Part shown: piece after piece, positions 9,470 to 22,753 of the stretch
Layout of the letters: each line of letters begins with the position of its first letter
Position numbering within the stretch: position 1 is the stretch's first letter
Source of the DNA: Verrucomicrobium spinosum
GTDB lineage: Bacteria; Verrucomicrobiota; Verrucomicrobiia; JADLBR01; JAIBCM01
Direction of reading: 5' to 3'
DNA: 40,400 nucleotides
Assembly (NCBI GenBank): GCA_020718645.1
Contig: DYRQ01000003.1
Location: 18,090-58,489 of the forward strand
The notes under the pieces: model-generated
Database searches by the model: none
What the model was told of the DNA's origin: nothing
The model's input: only the letters and a program-made list of their open reading frames with translations
Program-made: the position numbers and the translations under genes

Positions 9470-10246
9470 ATGGATTTCGAGCTACCCAACCTGCACACCC
9501 TGAACTTCAACCGCTGGCTTCCGCCCCAACACAGGGCGCTCAGTTCCTGCGCCCTCCTTTGCCTCGTCCTCTATACCGCTGCCTTCGCCCTAGTCAGGTT
9601 AGACATCTCGACCCAGTCGCACCCATCCAACTACCCCCCCACAGTGGCACTCCTCAAAAACACCAGCACCGTCACTGACTCGCCGCTCGCCTTCACCCTA
9701 TCCATCTCAGACCCCTCCATGATCGCCGTCCCCTCTCCTGCTGCACTACCTTCGGTATTTCCCCTTGCCCCAGTCGGCTGGGATGGCGGCGTCGCTAGAG
9801 AGTTGCAAACACTCCTATCTCAAAGCGGATCTTTTGAAGGCACCCCCGTAGCCGCTGCTCAAATCGCCTCCGAGATGCTCCAGCACCGGCCTGACACCAC
9901 CATCGCACAGCAGCCTCTGGAAACCTCCGAAGAACCGACCCCACCCCCCAGTCGGATACTCCTCCCTGCATCCCTAGCCAAACACCTTCGATCCCAGCTT
10001 CCTTCACTCCCATCACTTTCCACAGATCGCCCCATGACCGATACCACCCTCAGGCTCATCATTGGAGAGGGCGGCCTCCCAATGGCTGTTATAACCGAAG
10101 TCTCTAGTGGTAATTCCGAACAAGATCGCATAGCTGCTCGCGCTACTTCCCTGCTCCGGTTTTCTCCTGAAGCTTCCGGCACATCCGCTATCCTATCAGT
10201 GGAGTGGAACCAAATCCCCTCACCCACCAAAGAGGCCAAACCATGA
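9470..10246 (+). CDS. TonB/TolA-like protein (N-terminal TM, Pro/Ser-rich linker, TonB_C-like domain)
   Basis: TM near the N-terminus, Pro-rich linker, and C-terminal 'LRLIIGEGG...VSSGNSEQDRIAARA...LRFSP' resembling TonB_C (SSG..LD.AA). Confidence 0.7.
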   Translation: MDFELPNLHTLNFNRWLPPQHRALSSCALLCLVLYTAAFALVRLDISTQSHPSNYPPTVALLKNTSTVTDSPLAFTLSISDPSMIAVPSPAALPSVFPLAPVGWDGGVARELQTLLSQSGSFEGTPVAAAQIASEMLQHRPDTTIAQQPLETSEEPTPPPSRILLPASLAKHLRSQLPSLPSLSTDRPMTDTTLRLIIGEGGLPMAVITEVSSGNSEQDRIAARATSLLRFSPEASGTSAILSVEWNQIPSPTKEAKP

Positions 10247-10536
10247 AAATGGACATTCGCACCTTTTTTGAAATCTGGCTGATCTTGGGCCTTTCCGCGA
10301 TAGCCTTCTTGTGGGGACTCGACATCCTAACCACCGTGCGCAGACGCCTGAAAGATCGCCGCACCTGCCTCTGCCCCAACTGTGGCTCCACCAGCCACCC
10401 CGCTCCATCAGTGCTCCGCCACCGCTGCCGACAGTGCGGACTCTTATTCGAAATACACTCTGATTTGGGACAACAGCCCCAAGTCAGACCCACCGCACCA
10501 AGTTCTCACTTACAGAGCAAGCATTTCCATAGCTGA
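10243..10536 (+). CDS. Small membrane-anchored Zn-ribbon protein
   Basis: ATGA overlap with the upstream stop; N-terminal TM followed by CPNC-x14-CRQC. Confidence 0.7.
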   Translation: MKMDIRTFFEIWLILGLSAIAFLWGLDILTTVRRRLKDRRTCLCPNCGSTSHPAPSVLRHRCRQCGLLFEIHSDLGQQPQVRPTAPSSHLQSKHFHS

Positions 10537-10581
10537 GCGAAGACCCGAGACATCCTAAGCCTAAAAACGGTAATAGCGTTC

Positions 10582-10678
10582 AACCTAAATTCCGCAGTTG
10601 GCCTATTAGATGAGGAGGATATGAGCATGAGAGTTTGGGGTATATGTGCGGATAAAATCCAACTGCGGAATTTAGGTT
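10582..10678. mobile_element. MITE-like element, 97 bp, with perfect 20-bp terminal inverted repeats
   Basis: AACCTAAATTCCGCAGTTGG (10582-10601) and its exact reverse complement CCAACTGCGGAATTTAGGTT (10659-10678). No transposase and no clear target duplication. Confidence 0.6.
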
Positions 10679-10806
10679 TATAAAAAAACTCGGGGTTCTG
10701 GACGGCTTGGGATCAAGTTGCCCGGTAGAGCGCAAGAGTCCCAACGCGAGTCGGGCAGGAGATGTGAGCCAAAATTCCGCAGTATAAGTGGGAGCTAAAT
10801 TCCGAC

Positions 10807-10836
10807 AAAAAAAATCCCGCTTTGCAGCGGGTTTTT
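10807..10836 (-). terminator. Intrinsic (probably bidirectional) terminator after rpoC
   Basis: Stem CCCGCT/AGCGGG with a GCAA loop on the minus strand, flanked by A8 and T5 tracts. Confidence 0.85.
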
Positions 10837-10857
10837 CGTGATTAGTTATCGCGACTA

Positions 10858-15123
<4,266 letters not shown>

Positions 15124-15196
15124 ATCAATGACTCCTTTGGTATCCTCTGCAATGTCTCTGTGACAAAAAATGTGTTAACTGGGCGAGGGCTGGGCA

Positions 15197-18100
15197 TTAG
15201 CCCAACACCTTGCGCAAGTCGGCGGTGGCTACGCTGACCTGTGCAGCAGCCTCCTCGACCATCATGCTCTCGTCCTTGCTCCGGTCGCCTACCTTCACAT
15301 CGAGACAAAGCGCCTGCATTTCTTTGATCAACACATTGAACGATTCCGGCGTGCCAGCCTGGAGCGAATTATCGCCCTTGACGATGCTCTCATAGATACG
15401 AGTGCGACCGCTGACATCATCCGATTTAACGGTGAGCAACTCTTGCAGCGTGTAGGCCGCACCGTAGGCTTCGAGCGCCCAGACTTCCATCTCACCGAAA
15501 CGCTGGCCGCCGTATTGGGCTTTACCGCCCAAGGGCTGTTGCGTGACGAGCGAGTAAGGTCCGACCGCACGGGCATGGATCTTATCTGCAACCAAGTGAT
15601 TCAGCTTCATCATGTAGATGTAACCGACCACGACGCGCTGATCGAATGGCTCGCCAGTGCGACCGTCGGAAAGCTTGGATTTGCCGTCTTCACCAATGGA
15701 GAAGTCGGCGCCAATCTGCTTGTGCGCCTCGCGCAGGAACCCGTGGATCTGCTCCTCTTTGATACCGTCGAACACCGGGGTAGCTACCTTGAAACCGAGC
15801 ATCTTGGCCGCAATACCCAAGTGGGTTTCCAGCACCTGCCCGACATTCATACGAGAAGGCACGCCGAGCGGGTTGAGCACGATTTCTACGGGGGTGCCAT
15901 CCGGCAGGAACGGCATGTCTTCCTCGGGCACGATCTTGGCTACGACACCTTTGTTACCGTGGCGACCTGCCATCTTGTCACCGACACTGAGCTTGCGCTT
16001 GCTGGCGACATAGACCTTGACTTGCTTGATGATACCAGGATCCACCTCATCGCCGCTCTCGATCTGTTCGAGCTTCATCACGCGCTCATTGTCGAGCTGC
16101 TCGAACTTGCTCTCGAACTGCGCGATGATTTCGCGAATCTTGATGCGGATAGGGCTGGGGTCAATCTCGATGTGGTTGTAGCAATCCGCCAACTTACGCA
16201 GCAGTTGCTTGGTGATCTTGCGATTGGCGGGGATGATAATTTCACCGCTCTCGCCATTGACCACATCCAGAGGAATTTTCTCACCGAGGAGTATGTTCGA
16301 CAGCGCTTCGGTCAGCTTGCCTTTCATCTCCGTGGTTTTCTTCTCGTGTTCCTCCTCGACCTGCTTCTGCATGCGCTTGGCCTCGGTGGCGGAGAGTTTC
16401 ATGCGCTCGGTCTTCTTGTTGTTGGAAGAGACCTTGGCGTCCATGACAATGCCATAAACACCGGAAGGCACGCGGAGGGAAGAATCCTTCACATCGGCGG
16501 CTTTCTCACCGAAAATCGCACGGAGCAAACGCTCTTCGGGAGCTAGTTCCGTTTCGGATTTTGGAGTGATTTTGCCCACGAGAATATCCGTAGGGCGCAC
16601 TTCTGCACCGATGCGAACCACACCGTCGTGGCTCAGGTTTTTGAGAGCTTCTTCACCGACATTGGGAATGTCACGAGTGATTTCCTCAGGTCCGAGCTTG
16701 GTGTCACGGGCGCTGATTTCAAACTCCTCGATGTGAATCGAAGTGTAGATGTCTTCTTTGACGATTTTCTCACTGATGAGAATAGCGTCCTCAAAGTTGT
16801 AGCCGTTCCATGGCATGAACGCCACCAGCACATTGCGTCCGAGCGCGAGTTCACCGAGTTCGGTGCAGGGACCGTCAGCGATCACCTGTCCTTTCTTGAT
16901 GCTCTGGCCTCTGTGGACGATAGGTTTCTGGTTGATGCAAGTGCCAGCATTGCTGCGCATGAACTTGCGGGTCTCGTAAACAAATACACCCTTCTCCGCA
17001 TCGGTCTTGAGTTCCTTCTTGGACTCAGGGACGACACCATCGGGAGTGATGATAATTTTGTTGGCGTTGACAGAAGCGACTTTGCCATTCGAATCCGATA
17101 CGATCACTGCACGGGAATCGCGGGCCACGCGGCCTTCCATACCCGTGCCGACCAGCGGCGAATCTGTGCGAATCAACGGCACACCCTGGCGCTGCATGTT
17201 CGAACCCATGAGCGCACGGTTAGCGTCATCGTGCTCCAAGAATGGAATCAGGCTCGCAGCGACAGACACTAGTTGTTTCGGCGAAACATCCATGTAGTCC
17301 ACGCCATCGGGCTGAACTTCGATAAACTCGCCTCTGCAGCGAGAGATCACCTTTTCAACTGTGAACTTTCCTTTGGAATCAAAAGGAGTGTTTGCCTGTG
17401 CAACTGTGTATTTCTCCTCTTCGTCCGCAGTCAGATAATCAATTTTATCCGTGATGCGACCTTTTTCGATTTTGCGGTAAGGGCTCGATATGAAACCGAA
17501 CTCGTTGATGCGCGCAAAGCAGCTCAGCGACGAGATCAGACCGATGTTCGGGCCTTCCGGCGTCTCGATGGGACAAATACGGCCGTAGTGCGAGGTGTGC
17601 ACATCGCGCACCTCGAAGCCTGCACGATCACGGGAGAGACCTCCGGGTCCGAGAGCCGACAAGCGGCGCTTGTGGGTCAGCTCAGAGAGCGGGTTGATCT
17701 GATCCATGAACTGCGACAACTGACTCCGCGAGAAAAAGTCGCGGATGGCGGCGGAAAGAGCCTTCGGATTGATGAGCTTCTGGGGCATCATGCCCTCGAG
17801 ATTCACATCAAACAGCGTCATGCGCTCTTTGACGAGACGCTCTGTGCGAGCCAAACCGGTGCGGCACTGGTTGGCCAACAGTTCACCAACCGTTCTGACG
17901 CGACGGCTGCCGAGATGATCAATGTCATCCACAGCACCCTCACCCTTGCGGAGGTTCAGGAGGTAGCGTGTAGCGCCGACGATGTCGTCGTTAGTGATCG
18001 TGCGGACATCAATGTCCACGGAGATCCCGAGTTTCTGGTTGATTTTATAGCGACCGACCTTGCTGATGTCGTAGCGTTTCGGATCAAAGAAAAGCCGTTT

Positions 18101-19081
18101 GAGCAAAGCCTTGGCGTTCTGCACGGTCGGGGGATCGCCAGGACGCAGGCGCTTGTAAATTTCTTTGAGAGCCTCATCGCTGTCGCGGGTAGGATCTTTC
18201 TTGAGAGATTTGATGATCGCATCGTCATCTTTAATGTCCACGACTTGGACTTCTTTGAGTCCTAAGTCGAGTAGCTGGCGCACAATGGTTTTTGTCATCG
18301 GCTCAAAGGAACGAGCAATGACCATCTCAGCGTTGCCTGGATCGCGGACATCCGCCACCAGCACCTTGGTCGCCACCTCTTCATCATCAACGCCCTCATG
18401 GAGCTTGAGTTTCTCGATCTTGTAGAACAGCGAGATAATATCACTGTCCAGTGAGTAGCCGAGCGCACGGAGGAAGGTGGTGATCAGGAATTTCCGGCGT
18501 TTTTTCCGGCGATCCAGATAGACATAGAGCAAGTCGCTCGTATCGAACTGCACTTCCATCCAGTTACCGCGATCAGGGATGATGCGGAAGGAGTAGAGTG
18601 TCTTACCATTGGCGTGCAAAGAGCTTTCAAAGCAGATACCGGGACTACGGTGGAGCTGGCTGACTACAACGCGCTCAGCACCATTGATGACGAATGTGCC
18701 AGAGAGTGTCATCATGGGCAGCTCGCCCATATAAACTTTCTCTTCTTTCGTGCCATTCTCGTCAATCAAACGGAAAGTGACATAGAGAGGTGCAGAGAAG
18801 GTCTGACCTTCACGCATAGACTCGAGCCAGCCGACTTTGGGTTCGCCGATATCGTAGCTGACATAGTCAAGTTTGACTTTGCCATCATAGCTCTCGATGG
18901 GGAACACCTCGAGGAACACGGCTTGGAGCCCCTCAGGCTTACGCTTTGAGGGCGTCAACTCACGCTGCAAAAACTCCACATAGGAGTTGAGCTGGATTTC
19001 GATCAGATTGGGAGGCTCGAGAGCCTCATTCAAACGACCAAAATTATTTCTTTCCCCTACTTTATAGGATGCCTCAGACAT
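15197..19081 (-). CDS. rpoB: RNA polymerase beta subunit
   Basis: '[26 protein letters not shown]', '[12 protein letters not shown]', '[17 protein letters not shown]'. Confidence 0.99.
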   Translation of the reverse strand: MSEASYKVGERNNFGRLNEALEPPNLIEIQLNSYVEFLQRELTPSKRKPEGLQAVFLEVFPIESYDGKVKLDYVSYDIGEPKVGWLESMREGQTFSAPLYVTFRLIDENGTKEEKVYMGELPMMTLSGTFVINGAERVVVSQLHRSPGICFESSLHANGKTLYSFRIIPDRGNWMEVQFDTSDLLYVYLDRRKKRRKFLITTFLRALGYSLDSDIISLFYKIEKLKLHEGVDDEEVATKVLVADVRDPGNAEMVIARSFEPMTKTIVRQLLDLGLKEVQVVDIKDDDAIIKSLKKDPTRDSDEALKEIYKRLRPGDPPTVQNAKALLKRLFFDPKRYDISKVGRYKINQKLGISVDIDVRTITNDDIVGATRYLLNLRKGEGAVDDIDHLGSRRVRTVGELLANQCRTGLARTERLVKERMTLFDVNLEGMMPQKLINPKALSAAIRDFFSRSQLSQFMDQINPLSELTHKRRLSALGPGGLSRDRAGFEVRDVHTSHYGRICPIETPEGPNIGLISSLSCFARINEFGFISSPYRKIEKGRITDKIDYLTADEEEKYTVAQANTPFDSKGKFTVEKVISRCRGEFIEVQPDGVDYMDVSPKQLVSVAASLIPFLEHDDANRALMGSNMQRQGVPLIRTDSPLVGTGMEGRVARDSRAVIVSDSNGKVASVNANKIIITPDGVVPESKKELKTDAEKGVFVYETRKFMRSNAGTCINQKPIVHRGQSIKKGQVIADGPCTELGELALGRNVLVAFMPWNGYNFEDAILISEKIVKEDIYTSIHIEEFEISARDTKLGPEEITRDIPNVGEEALKNLSHDGVVRIGAEVRPTDILVGKITPKSETELAPEERLLRAIFGEKAADVKDSSLRVPSGVYGIVMDAKVSSNNKKTERMKLSATEAKRMQKQVEEEHEKKTTEMKGKLTEALSNILLGEKIPLDVVNGESGEIIIPANRKITKQLLRKLADCYNHIEIDPSPIRIKIREIIAQFESKFEQLDNERVMKLEQIESGDEVDPGIIKQVKVYVASKRKLSVGDKMAGRHGNKGVVAKIVPEEDMPFLPDGTPVEIVLNPLGVPSRMNVGQVLETHLGIAAKMLGFKVATPVFDGIKEEQIHGFLREAHKQIGADFSIGEDGKSKLSDGRTGEPFDQRVVVGYIYMMKLNHLVADKIHARAVGPYSLVTQQPLGGKAQYGGQRFGEMEVWALEAYGAAYTLQELLTVKSDDVSGRTRIYESIVKGDNSLQAGTPESFNVLIKEMQALCLDVKVGDRSKDESMMVEEAAAQVSVATADLRKVLG

Positions 19082-19127
19082 TGCCTTATCCTTCCTCTCT
19101 GGTTACTACACTCAACATTCCGATATC

Positions 19128-19192
19128 TGGCCCAGCCAGGAATCTTCCACTGCCGCAGAGAGCGGCAGCGAGGGATTCCAACAGCGGGACCA
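19128..19192 (-). promoter_or_regulatory. Long imperfect hairpin between rplL and rpoB (attenuator or processing-site candidate)
   Basis: Nested pairing TGGTCC/GGGCCA, GGAATC/GATTCC and CTGCCGC/GCGGCAG on the minus strand. Confidence 0.55.
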
Positions 19193-19206
19193 GTGCATCG
19201 AAACGC

Positions 19207-19596
19207 TTACTTGATTTCGACTTTGGCGCCAGCGGCTTCGAGCTTCTTCTTGATCTCTTCGGCCTCTTTCTTTTCCACGCCTTCTTTGACTGCTTTGGGA
19301 GCGCTCTCGACGAGGGCTTTGGCATCGGCCAAACCCAGGCCCGGCACAACCGCACGGACTTCTTTGATGACGGCGATTTTATTCGCGCCACTGTCCAAGA
19401 GCATCACATCGAACGAGGTTTTTTCCTCGACGGCGGGAGCGGCGGCGGCACCAGCGGCAGGCGCGGCGGCGGCCATGGCCACAGGAGCGGCGGCGCTGAC
19501 GCCCCACTTCTCTTCAAGTTTCTTGACGAGTTCAGCGGCTTCCAACACGGTCAACGCGCTGAGGTCTTCGACGATTTTTTCTAAATTAGCTGCCAT
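19207..19596 (-). CDS. rplL: 50S ribosomal protein L7/L12
   Basis: '[24 protein letters not shown]', 'KIAVIKEVR', '[12 protein letters not shown]'; ATG at 19596. Confidence 0.99.
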   Translation of the reverse strand: MAANLEKIVEDLSALTVLEAAELVKKLEEKWGVSAAAPVAMAAAAPAAGAAAAPAVEEKTSFDVMLLDSGANKIAVIKEVRAVVPGLGLADAKALVESAPKAVKEGVEKKEAEEIKKKLEAAGAKVEIK

Positions 19597-19657
19597 AGTT
19601 TTTTCTGAATTCTGTTCCCTCAATTTTTGCTGGAACAGTATTTCACCTTTCTTCCGT

Positions 19658-19718
19658 GTTTCCTGGTGGCTCGCACCCGCGACCCGATTGTTCCCGAAGG
19701 GCTTCGGGACCAGAAAAC
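19658..19718 (-). ncRNA. Candidate structured cis-RNA (three-way junction) in the rplJ-rplL spacer
   Basis: Minus strand: P1 GTTTTCTGGT/ACCAGGAAAC encloses hairpins CCCGAAG/CTTCGGG and GGGTCGC/GCGAGCC. Confidence 0.5.
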
Positions 19719-19795
19719 AACAGTTATTATAATATTTGCCCTTTCCCTAGCGATTTCCACCAATGGGAATCCGCCAGAAATTTTTATTTCTCCAA

Positions 19796-20308
19796 TTACT
19801 CGCCTTTGTCGGCTTTGGCTTGCAATACGCGAGCCAGCATTTCGCCTGGAGTTGAAGTCATACGCACCAGCTTGGTAGCCGGGGCATTGAGCAGCCCGAG
19901 AATCTGCGCCAGCAGAGCTTCGCGCGAAGGCAAATCGGCCAACGCCTTGACTTGCTCTTGGTTCAGGAGTGCCCCATCAAGGATAGCACCGCGAACTTCT
20001 GGTTTCTTGAACTCGGCACTGAAAGATTTCAGCACCTTGGCCGCTGCACAAACATCCTTGGACCCGGAGATGATCGCGGTCTGACCGGCGAGCAGTTCCG
20101 AGGCGTCAGGCAGACCCAAAGATTTGGATGCGACGCGCAGGATGGTGTTTTTGACCACCGTGAACTTGGCCCCGCTGCTGCGGAGGCGTTTGCGGAGTTC
20201 AGAAAACTGGGGCACATTCATCCCAGTATAATCGGTGATGATTACATAGGGATAGCCATCAATCTTCTTCTTGACTTCATCAACTAAAATATTTTTTTCA
20301 GCTCTCAT
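19796..20308 (-). CDS. rplJ: 50S ribosomal protein L10
   Basis: 'DYTGMNV...LRKRLR...VVKNTIL', 'LADLPSREALLAQILGLLNAP'. Confidence 0.98.
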   Translation of the reverse strand: MRAEKNILVDEVKKKIDGYPYVIITDYTGMNVPQFSELRKRLRSSGAKFTVVKNTILRVASKSLGLPDASELLAGQTAIISGSKDVCAAAKVLKSFSAEFKKPEVRGAILDGALLNQEQVKALADLPSREALLAQILGLLNAPATKLVRMTSTPGEMLARVLQAKADKGE

Positions 20309-20325
20309 GGTGTGTGTGTCCCCTA

Positions 20326-21033
20326 TCAGTTATTAGCTTTGTTATATTCAGACAGGTCGAGCACCACGCCAGGGCTCTGCGTTGCGCTGATAACGGCGCG
20401 TCTTACATAAGCGCCTTTGGCGGCCGCGGGACGGGCTTTCAAAATGGCTTCAATAACCGCACGCCCGTTTTCGGCCAGCTTGTCTTCTTCGAAATTCAAT
20501 TTGCCGATCGGCACATGCAGATTGGCGGCTTTATCCAGCTTGAACTCGACGCGGCCTGCTTTGCACTCATTGACCGCCTTGGCTGTATCATCGGTGACCG
20601 TGCCTGTTTTCGGGTTTGGCATCAGACCGCGAGGTCCGAGGACTTTGCCCAACTTACGGACTTCGGTCATGGCTTCGGGAGTCGCCACGGCAACATCGAA
20701 ATCAGAAAAGCCATCGGTGCATTTCTTGATCAAGTCTTCGAATCCAACATAATCAGCGCCTGCTGCCTTAGCGTCATCGGCTGCTTTGCCTTTGGCAAAA
20801 ACGAGCACGCGAACCTCTTTGCCGCTGCCATTGGGCAAACGGACTGTGCCACGGATCATCTGATCGCTCTGTTTGGGATCTACGGTGGTCGCAAAGGCGA
20901 TAGACACCGTCTGTTCGAATTTCGGAGCCGGCATTGATTTCAGCGTTTTCAGCGCCTCTTCCATGCGGTAGGTTTTTTTGGAGTCCACCTTCTTGATGGC
21001 CTCCTTATATCGTTTACTTCTTTTTACTGCCAT
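20326..21033 (-). CDS. rplA: 50S ribosomal protein L1
   Basis: '[12 protein letters not shown]', '[15 protein letters not shown]'. Confidence 0.99.
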   Translation of the reverse strand: MAVKRSKRYKEAIKKVDSKKTYRMEEALKTLKSMPAPKFEQTVSIAFATTVDPKQSDQMIRGTVRLPNGSGKEVRVLVFAKGKAADDAKAAGADYVGFEDLIKKCTDGFSDFDVAVATPEAMTEVRKLGKVLGPRGLMPNPKTGTVTDDTAKAVNECKAGRVEFKLDKAANLHVPIGKLNFEEDKLAENGRAVIEAILKARPAAAKGAYVRRAVISATQSPGVVLDLSEYNKANN

Positions 21034-21045
21034 TTTTATCTCCTT

Positions 21046-21075
21046 GTAGTCAGCGACCTTTGTAGGGTCTCCTAC
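21046..21075 (-). promoter_or_regulatory. Putative L1-binding autoregulatory RNA site before rplA
   Basis: GTAG-GA-GACC...GGTC-GCTGA-CTAC forms two stems around an asymmetric loop like the 23S rRNA L1 site, and abuts the AAGGAG SD. Confidence 0.65.
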
Positions 21076-21117
21076 CTTGGGTTTATTTTGTTGTTACGGA
21101 AAAATTTCCAGAAATCA

Positions 21118-21543
21118 TCAACCAATGATTTCAATGCCAGCTTGACGAGCGGTGCCTGCGAGCATGCGGAAAGCAGCTTCCTCGTCGGTGGTATTCATAT
21201 CTTGGATCTTGATTTTGACGATTTCCATAACTTGAGCCTTCGTCAATTTTGCGACCTTTATCTTGTTCGGCTCTTTGGAAGCTGAGGCGATTTTAGCCGC
21301 TTTCTTCAGGAGCACACCCGACGGGGGCGACTTAGTGATAAAGGTGAAGCTTTTATCTTTGTAAACCGTGATGATCACGGGGAGGATATCGCCGGCCTGC
21401 TTTTGAGTGGCCGCGTTAAACTCCTTACAAAACGCCATGATATTCACGCCCTGCTGACCCAGCGCGGGACCAACGGGGGGTGCAGGGTTGGCCTGACCGG
21501 CCGGAATCTGCAATTTGATCTTACCAACTACTTCTTTCGCCAT
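21118..21543 (-). CDS. rplK: 50S ribosomal protein L11
   Basis: '[35 protein letters not shown]'. Confidence 0.99.
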   Translation of the reverse strand: MAKEVVGKIKLQIPAGQANPAPPVGPALGQQGVNIMAFCKEFNAATQKQAGDILPVIITVYKDKSFTFITKSPPSGVLLKKAAKIASASKEPNKIKVAKLTKAQVMEIVKIKIQDMNTTDEEAAFRMLAGTARQAGIEIIG

Positions 21544-21586
21544 ATGAACTCCTGTCGCCTAATTGCGAGCCTCTGTGTTAAAAAAA

Positions 21587-22222
21587 TTATACCTTCTCGA
21601 CTTGCCAGAACTCGAGATCCACGAGCGCGTTGCGCCCGAACATGCTGACTGAAACCATGAGACGCCCTTTCTCGGGCATAGTATCTTCCACGACACCGTC
21701 TTGATTCATGAACGGTCCGTCGCCGACTTTGACTTTGTCGCCTTTGGTGAAGGCTGTCTTGGGGATGATCTTGTCCTCGCCAGTCTTCATCTGGGCGAGC
21801 ATGGCCTCAACTTCCTTTACTCGCATGGGCATGGGGCGTTCGCCGTCTGCAAAGCCAATGACGCCTGGAGTCTCGCGGAGGTAATACCAGACACGCTCTT
21901 GGACTTCCGCTTCTTCATCGAGGAGATTAGCCAAGACGAATACATAACCCGGGTAGAGTTTGCGCTCGGTCTCGACTTTTTTATTGCGCTTCACCTCGCT
22001 GACGCGTTCGGTGGGCACTACTACCTCGTGGACAACATCCCCCATCTCCTCGGCTTTGAGGCGTTTGAGCAAGCTGTCGCGCACTTTGCTTTCCTGTCCG
22101 CTGAGGGAGTGCAGGGCAAACCATTGCGCCGTTTCGTAATTGGGGTGCTTCGGGGTTTCTTCGACCCCATCCACTGCCTCGGCGCTTTCGCGCCCTGCTT
22201 TGATGTCGTTCACTTCACTCAT
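21587..22222 (-). CDS. nusG: Transcription elongation factor NusG
   Basis: 'WFALHSLSGQE', 'KLYPGYVFV', 'TPGVIGF', KOW 'GDKVKVGDGPF', 'SMFGR'. Confidence 0.97.
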   Translation of the reverse strand: MSEVNDIKAGRESAEAVDGVEETPKHPNYETAQWFALHSLSGQESKVRDSLLKRLKAEEMGDVVHEVVVPTERVSEVKRNKKVETERKLYPGYVFVLANLLDEEAEVQERVWYYLRETPGVIGFADGERPMPMRVKEVEAMLAQMKTGEDKIIPKTAFTKGDKVKVGDGPFMNQDGVVEDTMPEKGRLMVSVSMFGRNALVDLEFWQVEKV

Positions 22223-22226
22223 TATT

Positions 22227-22571
22227 TCAAACCAAATTCAATTTGATAATCCATCCGACCACTTTGATCAGGATGTAATCGAAGGCACTGGTATAGGCAC
22301 CCAAGAGCAGCATGGACACTATGACGACCACAGTGGAGTCAATGAGTTCCTTGTAGCGGCGCATCCCCTTTTGCATGGGATCCCATGGCCAAGTGCATTT
22401 GGCAAGTTCTGTGCGAACTTCGCCCACGAACTTGGAAACGGGCTTGCGTTGCACCACGAGCCAGAAAGTCAGGCCGATGATCGTAACATGCCAGAAAATC
22501 GCAGAAACCCAGTGTTCCGAGAACCACCGGGCATACGAATCTAAACTGACCGCAGCGAGGACTATGACCAT
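22227..22571 (-). CDS. secE: Preprotein translocase subunit SecE
   Basis: 'FVGEVRTELAKCTWP' plus a C-terminal TM; located between tRNA-Trp and nusG. Confidence 0.93.
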   Translation of the reverse strand: MVIVLAAVSLDSYARWFSEHWVSAIFWHVTIIGLTFWLVVQRKPVSKFVGEVRTELAKCTWPWDPMQKGMRRYKELIDSTVVVIVSMLLLGAYTSAFDYILIKVVGWIIKLNLV

Positions 22572-22609
22572 GTTAACTATACTCTCTCTATACTCACACT
22601 AATAAGATG

Positions 22610-22682
22610 CAGGAGAGACAGGAATCGAACCTGCAACCCGCGGTTTTGGAGACCGCTGCTCTACCAGTTGAGCTACTCTCCT
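22610..22682 (-). tRNA. tRNA-Trp (CCA)
   Basis: Acceptor AGGAGAG/CTCTCCT, anticodon arm GCGGT-CTCCAAA-ACCGC, T loop GTTCGAT; 3' CCA not encoded. Confidence 0.97.
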
Positions 22683-22702
22683 AGAAATCCAGCGGGACAA
22701 TA

Positions 22703-22731
22703 CGCCCAGCCCCCTTGCGGCGGGCTGGGCG
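22703..22731. other. GC-rich hairpin between tuf and tRNA-Trp
   Basis: Perfect 10-bp stem CGCCCAGCCC/GGGCTGGGCG with no U tract; likely a stability or processing element. Confidence 0.6.
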
Positions 22732-22753
22732 AGTCTCCCTGTGAACTGTCTTT

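Noticed and set aside
19627-19878. Plus-strand ORFs across the rplJ-rplL spacer
   Set aside because: Antisense to a highly expressed operon with no coding signal; RNA structure explains the region better.
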